DNA of 64,000 bases, taken from assembly GCF_009914755.1 (NCBI RefSeq), contig NC_060925.1; one strand, 5' to 3'. The stretch comes from the human T2T-CHM13v2.0 reference genome, Homo sapiens. Positions 51,246 through 64,000 of the stretch are shown in pieces (within the stretch, counting starts at the first letter, position 1; the number at the start of each line of letters is the position of its first letter). A model generated the notes under the pieces. The model saw only the letters and a list, made by a program, of their open reading frames with translations, made no database searches and had not been told where the DNA came from. A program made the position numbers and the translations under genes.

Positions 51246-53034
51246 GCTGAAGGAGGCGCCTGGCTGCCCCAAGAGCCCAGCCCGGCCCGGCCGTGCCCGC
51301 CGGATTGCAGCCGACACCGCCAGCCCGGGGCCGCGGGGCTCGGATCGGGGCCCCCCGAGCCGCTGGCCCGCGGCCTTCCCCCGGCTCCCGCGCTCCCGAG
51401 CTTCCACCACATCGGGCCCGCTCGGAGCAGGGAGTGCTCCGAGGCGTCAGGGCCCAGGGCCCACGATCCTGGGACGCCCTCCGGTCCTCCGCCCTGTCGC
51501 GGAGGCAGCGTTTTGGATCCCTCGCCGCACAGGGGCTCCTGCGAGGCCCCCTCTTGCCCCACCCACCCAGAGCCGTCAGGGCTGGCCGAAGGCGAACAGC
51601 CGGCCCAGCCTCGCGGGGCCTTTCTCTCACAACGCCCCCACCACGGTCGCTTGTCCCGACCAAGACCCGGCCGGGGGGGCAAGAGGGCGTGGGGTGTAGC
51701 GGGTCGGGGGGTGGCCCTGTTTTGCCCCGGGCTGGCACTAGAGGCGGCGGCCTGATCTCGGGTGAGAGGGCCTGAGAGAAACCCAGACACACCCCACCGC
51801 CACCAGGAGCAAATCCACTCCCCCACACACAGACACACCCGGGCGCGCTCGCACGCGCGCGCGCGGACACACCCACACACAGACACACACGCACACACGC
51901 ACGCGCACACGCACGCACACACACACGCGGCTTGAAGGAGAGCAAGGACGAGATGGATCGAGAGATAGAGACCGAGGGAGGGAGAGAGACAGCGATCGAG
52001 AGAGACAGGGGAGGGCGAGAGGGAAGGAGACAGACAGAGAGGCTGAGAAAGAGAGAGGCACAGAGAAAGAGAGAGAGAGAGACAGAGAGACAGAGGGAAA
52101 ACGACAGAAGTAGCGCGAGGTCCAGGGGGAAACCCAGAAGAGAGAGGCGGAGGGAGCTAGAGAGCGAGAGCGATAGAGCCTTAGAGAGGAAGCGCCCGGC
52201 TCCGTTAGGCAGCGCCCTCTTGAGCAGGCCGGGATAGGGTGGAGGGGGCTTGGGCTGCGCCCAGAACACGGGGGCCAGGCGGTCCGTGCGAGAGGACCAA
52301 CGGAGCGCTGAGGCGGGCGTTTTCTTGGATGAATTGCTTGCTTTGGAGGTGGGTTTCGTAGGCTCCTGCCTTTCTTGGCACCTCCCTGTGCTCTGGGTGC
52401 CTTGCGGCGGGCCCCGAGATTTGCAGAGCGCGCCCGCCCGTTTGGCGGGAGCCGTGGCACCGGGCGGGCCCGGAGGCCTGGGTCTCTGGCGAGTCCTCGG
52501 GACTGGAGTCGTCGACACGAAGCGGGGGGCATTGGGAATCCCGGGTGCACAGGGCCTGCTTTCCCGGTGGCTGGCGAAGCAATGTCCTTCCCCCGGGTAA
52601 AGCAGCCCATGCGTTCCGGAGCCGACGTCTTGGCTGGCGTCTGTGGCACCCGCTGCCCCTGCCCGCCCCTTCCCCCGGTTTGGAAGGGTGCGACGACGGC
52701 GCCCGATGGGTGAATTGAATCGCCTGGGCGTTCCGGGAGCGGGAAGGCACCGCGAACGGCAGGGAACCCAGCGGCTGCGCCTTTGGGGCCCGGGCCCCTG
52801 CCCTCCCAGGCTGGAGCCGGGCTCCTGGCGGGGCGGCGGCGAGGCGGAAGCGGTGGGATGCTGCTGCCCGGCCGGCGTGCAGTAGGGGCGGACCCCCAGC
52901 AGGAGGACCCCGGCTGCGGGCTGCGGCGGGGGTGTAGGTGGGCGGTAAAGGGGGAGCAGAGTCAGGGGAGGTTGGGAAGCATGGCGATTGTGGGGGGAAG
53001 GGAGGCAGCGGGGAAGCCACAAAAGCCTACAGCA

Positions 53035-53475
<441 letters not shown>

Positions 53476-55273
53476 GCTGAAGGAGGCGCCTGGCTGCCCC
53501 AAGAGCCCAGCCCGGCCCGGCCGTGCCCGCCGGATTGCAGCCGACACCGCCAGCCCGGGGCCGCGGGGCTCGGATCGGGGACCCCCGAGCCGCTGGCCCG
53601 CGGCCTTCCCCCGGCTCCCGCGCTCCCGAGCTTCCACCACATCGGGCCCGCTCGGAGCAGGGAGTGCTCCGAGGCGTCAGGGCCCAGGGCCCACGATCCT
53701 GGGACGCCCTCCGGTCCTCCGCCCTGTCGCGGAGGCAGCGTTTTGGATCCCTCGCCGCACAGGGGCTCCTGCGAGGCCCCCTCTTGCCCCACCCACCCAG
53801 AGCCGTCAGGGCTGGCCGAAGGCGAACAGCCGGCCCAGCCTCGCGGGGCCTTTCTCTCACAACGCCCCCACCACGGTCGCTTGTCCCGACCAAGACCCGG
53901 CCGGGGGGGCAAGAGGGCGTGGGGTGTAGCGGGTCGGGGGGTGGCCCTGTTTTGCCCCGGGCTGGCACTAGAGGCGGCGGCCTGATCTCGGGTGAGAGGG
54001 CCTGAGAGAAACCCAGACACACCCCACCGCCACCAGGAGCAAATCCACTCCCCCACACACAGACACACCCGGGCGCGCTCGCACGCGCGCGCGCGGACAC
54101 ACACACACACACCCACACACAGACACACACGCACACACGCACGCGCACACGCACGCACACACACACGCGGCTTGAAGGAGAGCAAGGACGAGATGGATCG
54201 AGAGATAGAGACCGAGGGAGGGAGAGAGACAGCGATCGAGAGAGACAGGGGAGGGCGAGAGGGAAGGAGACAGACAGAGAGGCTGAGAAAGAGAGAGGCA
54301 CAGAGAAAGAGAGAGAGAGAGACAGAGAGACAGAGGGAAAACGACAGAAGTAGCGCGAGGTCCAGGGGGAAACCCAGAAGAGAGAGGCGGAGGGAGCTAG
54401 AGAGCGAGAGCGATAGAGCCTTAGAGAGGAAGCGCCCGGCTCCGTTAGGCAGCGCCCTCTTGAGCAGGCCGGGATAGGGTGGAGGGGGCTTGGGCTGCGC
54501 CCAGAACACGGGGGCCAGGCGGTCCGTGCGAGAGGACCAACGGAGCGCTGAGGCGGGCGTTTTCTTGGATGAATTGCTTGCTTTGGAGGTGGGTTTCGTA
54601 GGCTCCTGCCTTTCTTGGCACCTCCCTGTGCTCTGGGTGCCTTGCGGCGGGCCCCGAGATTTGCAGAGCGCGCCCGCCCGTTTGGCGGGAGCCGTGGCAC
54701 CGGGCGGGCCCGGAGGCCTGGGTCTCTGGCGAGTCCTCGGGACTGGAGTCGTCGACACGAAGCGGGGGGCATTGGGAATCCCGGGTGCACAGGGCCTGCT
54801 TTCCCGGTGGCTGGCGAAGCAATGTCCTTCCCCCGGGTAAAGCAGCCCATGCGTTCCGGAGCCGACGTCTTGGCTGGCGTCTGTGGCACCCGCTGCCCCT
54901 GCCCGCCCCTTCCCCCGGTTTGGAAGGGTGCGACGACGGCGCCCGATGGGTGAATTGAATCTCCTGGGCGTTCCGGGAGCGGGAAGGCACCGCGAACGGC
55001 AGGGAACCCAGCGGCTGCGCCTTTGGGGCCCGGCCCCCTGCCCTCCCAGGCTGGAGCCGGGCTCCTGGCGGGGCGGCGGCGAGGCGGAAGCGGTGGGATG
55101 CTGCTGCCCGGCCGGCGTGCAGTAGGGGCGGACCCCCAGCAGGAGGACCCCGGCTGCGGCTGCGGCGGGGGTGTAGGTGGGCGGTAAAGGGGGAGCAGAG
55201 TCAGGGGAGGTTGGGAAGCATGGCGATTGTGGGGGGAAGGGAGGCAGCGGGGAAGCCACAAAAGCCTACAGCA

Positions 55274-55714
<441 letters not shown>

Positions 55715-57513
55715 GCTGAAGGAGGCGCCTGGCTGCCCCAAGAGCCCAGCCCGGCCCGGCCGTGCCCGCCGGATTGCAGCCGACACCGCCAGCCCGGGGC
55801 CGCGGGGCTCGGATCGGGGACCCCCGAGCCGCTGGCCCGCGGCCTTCCCCCGGCTCCCGCGCTCCCGAGCTTCCACCACATCGGGCCCGCTCGGAGCAGG
55901 GAGTGCTCCGAGGCGTCAGGGCCCAGGGCCCACGATCCTGGGACGCCCTCCGGTCCTCCGCCCTGTCGCGGAGGCAGCGTTTTGGATCCCTCGCCGCACA
56001 GGGGCTCCTGCGAGGCCCCCTCTTGCCCCACCCACCCAGAGCCGTCAGGGCTGGCCGAAGGCGAACAGCCGGCCCAGCCGCGCGGGGCCTTTCTCTCACA
56101 ACGCCCCCACCACGGTCGCTTGTCCCGACCAAGACCCGGCCGGGGGGGCAAGAGGGCGTGGGGTGTAGCGGGTCGGGGGGTGGCCCTGTTTTGCCCCGGG
56201 CTGGCACTAGAGGCGGCGGCCTGATCTCGGGTGAGAGGGCCTGAGAGAAACCCAGACACACCCCACCGCCACCAGGAGCAAATCCACTCCCCCACACACA
56301 GACACACCCGGGCGCGCTCGCACGCGCGCGCGCGGACACACACACACACACCCACACACAGACACACACGCACACACGCACTCGCACACGCACGCACACA
56401 CACACGCGGCTTGAAGGAGAGCAAGGACGAGATGGATCGAGAGATAGAGACCGAGGGAGGGAGAGAGACAGCGATCGAGAGAGACAGGGGAGGGCGAGAG
56501 GGAAGGAGACAGACAGAGAGGCTGAGAAAGAGAGAGGCACAGAGAAAGAGAGAGAGAGAGACAGAGAGACAGAGGGAAAACGACAGAAGTAGCGCGAGGT
56601 CCAGGGGGAAACCCAGAAGAGAGAGGCGGAGGGAGCTAGAGAGCGAGAGCGATAGAGCCTTAGAGAGGAAGCGCCCGGCTCCGTTAGGCAGCGCCCTCTT
56701 GAGCAGGCCGGGATAGGGTGGAGGGGGCTTGGGCTGCGCCCAGAACACGGGGGCCAGGCGGTCCGTGCGAGAGGACCAACGGAGCGCTGAGGCGGGCGTT
56801 TTCTTGGATGAATTGCTTGCTTTGGAGGTGGGTTTCGTAGGCTCCTGCCTTTCTTGGCACCTCCCTGTGCTCTGGGTGCCTTGCGGCGGGCCCCGAGATT
56901 TGCAGAGCACGCCCGCCCGTTTGGCGGGAGCCGTGGCACCGGGCGGGCCCGGAGGCCTGGGTCTCTGGCGAGTCCTCGGGACTGGAGTCGTCGACACGAA
57001 GCGGGGGGCATTGGGAATCCCGGGTGCACAGGGCCTGCTTTCCCGGTGGCTGGCGAAGCAATGTCCTTCCCCCGGGTAAAGCAGCCCATGCGTTCCGGAG
57101 CCGACGTCTTGGCTGGCGTCTGTGGCACCCGCTGCCCCTGCCCGCCCCTTCCCCCGGTTTGGAAGGGTGCGACGACGGCGCCCGATGGGTGAATTGAATC
57201 GCCTGGGCGTTCCGGGAGCGGGAAGGCACCGCGAACGGCAGGGAACCCAGCGGCTGCGCCTTTGGGGCCCGGGCCCCTGCCCTCCCAGGCTGGAGCCGGG
57301 CTCCTGGCGGGGCGGCGGCGAGGCGGAAGCGGTGGGATGCTGCTGCCCAGCCGGCGTGCAGTAGGGGCGGACCCCCAGCAGGAGGACCCCGGCTGCGGGC
57401 TGCGGCGGGGGTGTAGGTGGGCGGTAAAGGGGGAGCAGAGTCAGGGGAGGTTGGGAAGCATGGCGATTGTGGGGGGAAGGGAGGCAGCGGGGAAGCCACA
57501 AAAGCCTACAGCA

Positions 57514-57954
<441 letters not shown>

Positions 57955-59752
57955 GCTGAAGGAGGCGCCTGGCTGCCCCAAGAGCCCAGCCCGGCCCGGC
58001 CGTGCCCGCCGGATTGCAGCCGACACCGCCAGCCCGGGGCCGCGGGGCTCGGATCGGGGACCCCCGAGCCGCTGGCCCGCGGCCTTCCCCCGGCTCCCGC
58101 GCTCCCGAGCTTCCACCACATCGGGCCCGCTCGGAGCAGGGAGTGCTCCGAGGCGTCAGGGCCCAGGGCCCACGATCCTGGGACGCCCTCCGGTCCTCCG
58201 CCCTGTCGCGGAGGCAGCGTTTTGGATCCCTCGCCGCACAGGGGCTCCTGCGAGGCCCCCTCTTGCCCCACCCACCCAGAGCCGTCAGGGCTGGCCGAAG
58301 GCGAACAGCCGGCCCAGCCTCGCGGGGCCTTTCTCTCACAACGCCCCCACCACGGTCGCTTGTCCCGACCAAGACCCGGCCGGGGGGGCAAGAGGGCGTG
58401 GGGTGTAGCGGGTCGGGGGGTGGCCCTGTTTTGCCCCGGGCTGGCACTAGAGGCGGCGGCCTGATCTCGGGTGAGAGGGCCTGAGAGAAACCCAGACACA
58501 CCCCACCGCCACCAGGAGCAAATCCACTCCCCCACACACAGACACACCCGGGCGCGCTCGCACGCGCGCGCGCGGACACACACACACACACCCACACACA
58601 GACACACACGCACACACGCACGCGCACACGCACGCACACACACACGCGGCTTGAAGGAGAGCAAGGACGAGATGGATCGAGAGATAGAGACCGAGGGAGG
58701 GAGAGAGACAGCGATCGAGAGAGACAGGGGAGGGCGAGAGGGAAGGAGACAGACAGAGAGGCTGAGAAAGAGAGAGGCACAGAGAAAGAGAGAGAGAGAG
58801 ACAGAGAGACAGAGGGAAAACGACAGAAGTAGCGCGAGGTCCAGGGGGAAACCCAGAAGAGAGAGGCGGAGGGAGCTAGAGAGCGAGAGCGATAGAGCCT
58901 TAGAGAGGAAGCGCCCGGCTCCGTTAGGCAGCGCCCTCTTGAGCAGGCCGGGATAGGGTGGAGGGGGCTTGGGCTGCGCCCAGAACACGGGGGCCAGGCG
59001 GTCCGTGCGAGAGGACCAACGGAGCGCTGAGGCGGGCGTTTTCTTGGATGAATTGCTTGCTTTGGAGGTGGGTTTCGTAGGCTCCTGCCTTTCTTGGCAC
59101 CTCCCTGTGCTCTGGGTGCCTTGCGGCGGGCCCCGAGATTTGCAGAGCGCGCCCGCCCGTTTGGCGGGAGCCGTGGCACCGGGCGGGCCCGGAGGCCTGG
59201 GTCTCTGGCGAGTCCTCGGGACTGGAGTCGTCGACACGAAGCGGGGGGCATTGGGAATCCCGGGTGCACAGGGCCTGCTTTCCCGGTGGCTGGCGAAGCA
59301 ATGTCCTTCCCCCGGGTAAAGCAGCCCATGCGTTCCGGAGCCGACGTCTTGGCTGGCGTCTGTGGCACCCGCTGCCCCTGCCCGCCCCTTCCCCCGGTTT
59401 GGAAGGGTGCGACGACGGCGCCCGATGGGTGAATTGAATCTCCTGGGCGTTCCGGGAGCGGGAAGGCACCGCGAACGGCAGGGAACCCAGCGGCTGCGCC
59501 TTTGGGGCCCGGCCCCCTGCCCTCCCAGGCTGGAGCCGGGCTCCTGGCGGGGCGGCGGCGAGGCGGAAGCGGTGGGATGCTGCTGCCCGGCCGGCGTGCA
59601 GTAGGGGCGGACCCCCAGCAGGAGGACCCCGGCTGCGGCTGCGGCGGGGGTGTAGGTGGGCGGTAAAGGGGGAGCAGAGTCAGGGGAGGTTGGGAAGCAT
59701 GGCGATTGTGGGGGGAAGGGAGGCAGCGGGGAAGCCACAAAAGCCTACAGCA

Positions 59753-60193
<441 letters not shown>

Positions 60194-61992
60194 GCTGAAG
60201 GAGGCGCCTGGCTGCCCCAAGAGCCCAGCCCGGCCCGGCCGTGCCCGCCGGATTGCAGCCGACACCGCCAGCCCGGGGCCGCGGGGCTCGGATCGGGGAC
60301 CCCCGAGCCGCTGGCCCGCGGCCTTCCCCCGGCTCCCGCGCTCCCGAGCTTCCACCACATCGGGCCCGCTCGGAGCAGGGAGTGCTCCGAGGCGTCAGGG
60401 CCCAGGGCCCACGATCCTGGGACGCCCTCCGGTCCTCCGCCCTGTCGCGGAGGCAGCGTTTTGGATCCCTCGCCGCACAGGGGCTCCTGCGAGGCCCCCT
60501 CTTGCCCCACCCACCCAGAGCCGTCAGGGCTGGCCGAAGGCGAACAGCCGGCCCAGCCGCGCGGGGCCTTTCTCTCACAACGCCCCCACCACGGTCGCTT
60601 GTCCCGACCAAGACCCGGCCGGGGGGGCAAGAGGGCGTGGGGTGTAGCGGGTCGGGGGGTGGCCCTGTTTTGCCCCGGGCTGGCACTAGAGGCGGCGGCC
60701 TGATCTCGGGTGAGAGGGCCTGAGAGAAACCCAGACACACCCCACCGCCACCAGGAGCAAATCCACTCCCCCACACACAGACACACCCGGGCGCGCTCGC
60801 ACGCGCGCGCGCGGACACACACACACACACCCACACACAGACACACACGCACACACGCACGCGCACACGCACGCACACACACACGCGGCTTGAAGGAGAG
60901 CAAGGACGAGATGGATCGAGAGATAGAGACCGAGGGAGGGAGAGAGACAGCGATCGAGAGAGACAGGGGAGGGCGAGAGGGAAGGAGACAGACAGAGAGG
61001 CTGAGAAAGAGAGAGGCACAGAGAAAGAGAGAGAGAGAGACAGAGAGACAGAGGGAAAACGACAGAAGTAGCGCGAGGTCCAGGGGGAAACCCAGAAGAG
61101 AGAGGCGGAGGGAGCTAGAGAGCGAGAGCGATAGAGCCTTAGAGAGGAAGCGCCCGGCTCCGTTAGGCAGCGCCCTCTTGAGCAGGCCGGGATAGGGTGG
61201 AGGGGGCTTGGGCTGCGCCCAGAACACGGGGGCCAGGCGGTCCGTGCGAGAGGACCAACGGAGCGCTGAGGCGGGCGTTTTCTTGGATGAATTGCTTGCT
61301 TTGGAGGTGGGTTTCGTAGGCTCCTGCCTTTCTTGGCACCTCCCTGTGCTCTGGGTGCCTTGCGGCGGGCCCCGAGATTTGCAGAGCGCGCCCGCCCGTT
61401 TGGCGGGAGCCGTGGCACCGGGCGGGCCCGGAGGCCTGGGTCTCTGGCGAGTCCTCGGGACTGGAGTCGTCGACACGAAGCGGGGGGCATTGGGAATCCC
61501 GGGTGCACAGGGCCTGCTTTCCCGGTGGCTGGCGAAGCAATGTCCTTCCCCCGGGTAAAGCAGCCCATGCGTTCCGGAGCCGACGTCTTGGCTGGCGTCT
61601 GTGGCACCCGCTGCCCCTGCCCGCCCCTTCCCCCGGTTTGGAAGGGTGCGACGACGGCGCCCGATGGGTGAATTGAATCGCCTGGGCGTTCCGGGAGCGG
61701 GAAGGCACCGCGAACGGCAGGGAACCCAGCGGCTGCGCCTTTGGGGCCCGGGCCCCTGCCCTCCCAGGCTGGAGCCGGGCTCCTGGCGGGGCGGCGGCGA
61801 GGCGGAAGCGGTGGGATGCTGCTGCCCGGCCGGCGTGCAGTAGGGGCGGACCCCCAGCAGGAGGACCGCGGCTGCGGGCTCCGGCGGGGGTGTAGGTGGG
61901 CGGTAAAGGGGGAGCAGAGTCAGGGGAGGTTGGGAAGCATGGCGATTGTGGGGGGAAGGGAGGCAGCGGGGAAGCCACAAAAGCCTACAGCA

Positions 61993-62433
<441 letters not shown>

Positions 62434-64000
62434 GCTGAAGGAGGCGCCTGGCTGCCCCAAGAGCCCAGCCCGGCCCGGCCGTGCCCGCCGGATTGCAGCC
62501 GACACCGCCAGCCCGGGGCCGCGGGGCTCGGATCAGGGACCCCCGAGCCGCTGGCCCGCGGCCTTCCCCCGGCTCCCGCGCTCCCGAGCTTCCACCACAT
62601 CGGGCCCGCTCGGAGCAGGGAGTGCTCCGAGGCGTCAGGGCCCAGGGCCCACGATCCTGGGACGCCCTCCGGTCCTCCGCCCTGTCGCGGAGGCAGCGTT
62701 TTGGATCCCTCGCCGCACAGGGGCTCCTGCGAGGCCCCCTCTTGCCCCACCCACCCAGAGCCGTCAGGGCTGGCCGAAGGCGAACAGCCGGCCCAGCCTC
62801 GCGGGGCCTTTCTCTCACAACGCCCCCACCACGGTCGCTTGTCCCGACCAAGACCCGGCCGGGGGGGCAAGAGGGCGTGGGGTGTAGCGGGTCGGGGGGT
62901 GGCCCTGTTTTGCCCCGGGCTGGCACTAGAGGCGGCGGCCTGATCTCGGGTGAGAGGGCCTGAGAGAAACCCAGACACACCCCACCGCCACCAGGAGCAA
63001 ATCCACTCCCCCACACACAGACACACCCGGGCGCGCTCGCACGCGCGCGCGCGGACACACACACACACACCCACACACAGACACACACGCACACACGCAC
63101 GCGCACACGCACGCACACACACACGCGGCTTGAAGGAGAGCAAGGACGAGATGGATCGAGAGATAGAGACCGAGGGAGGGAGAGAGACAGCGATCGAGAG
63201 AGACAGGGGAGGGCGAGAGGGAAGGAGACAGACAGAGAGGCTGAGAAAGAGAGAGGCACAGAGAAAGAGAGAGAGAGAGACAGAGAGACAGAGGGAAAAC
63301 GACAGAAGTAGCGCGAGGTCCAGGGGGAAACCCAGAAGAGAGAGGCGGAGGGAGCTAGAGAGCGAGAGCGATAGAGCCTTAGAGAGGAAGCGCCCGGCTC
63401 CGTTAGGCAGCGCCCTCTTGAGCAGGCCGGGATAGGGTGGAGGGGGCTTGGGCTGCGCCCAGAACACGGGGGCCAGGCGGTCCGTGCGAGAGGACCAACG
63501 GAGCGCTGAGGCGGGCGTTTTCTTGGATGAATTGCTTGCTTTGGAGGTGGGTTTCGTAGGCTCCTGCCTTTCTTGGCACCTCCCTGTGCTCTGGGTGCCT
63601 TGCGGCGGGCCCCGAGATTTGCAGAGCGCGCCCGCCCGTTTGGCGGGAGCCGTGGCACCGGGCGGGCCCGGAGGCCTGGGTCTCTGGCGAGTCCTCGGGA
63701 CTGGAGTCGTCGACACGAAGCGGGGGGCATTGGGAATCCCGGGTGCACAGGGCCTGCTTTCCCGGTGGCTGGCGAAGCAATGTCCTTCCCCCGGGTAAAG
63801 CAGCCCATGCGTTCCGGAGCCGACGTCTTGGCTGGCGTCTGTGGCACCCGCTGCCCCTGCCCGCCCCTTCCCCCGGTTTGGAAGGGTGCGACGACGGCGC
63901 CCGATGGGTGAATTGAATCGCCTGGGCGTTCCGGGAGCGGGAAGGCACCGCGAACGGCAGGGAACCCAGCGGCTGCGCCTTTGGGGCCCGGGCCCCTGCC

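Overview
The whole 64 kb window lies inside a primate 5S rDNA tandem array. The gene matches the human 5S rRNA sequence, so this is most likely the RNA5S cluster at 1q42. It holds about 28.6 head-to-tail units of 2230-2240 bp. Each unit has a 121-nt 5S rRNA gene on the minus strand (28 complete copies) with its upstream D box. On the plus strand this is followed by a GC/CpG-rich spacer containing a (CA/CG)n tract and a long (GA)-rich polypurine tract, then an AluY-type element lying tail-to-tail against the 3' end of the next 5S gene. No credible protein-coding gene is present, and I found no new gene system. The notable points are: (1) the Alu inserted exactly at the 5S 3' end/terminator, and its 14-bp target-site duplication is the end of the gene; (2) its A and B boxes are mutated, and it diverges from AluY by about 12 AT->GC changes against 1 GC->AT; (3) all seven 5S coding substitutions seen preserve base pairing; (4) unit variants define a nested higher-order structure, with a recent 4-unit duplication of 8949 bp inside an older ~10-unit (4+4+2) periodicity, plus mosaic units. 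All comparisons were made by eye, aided by the ORF track.
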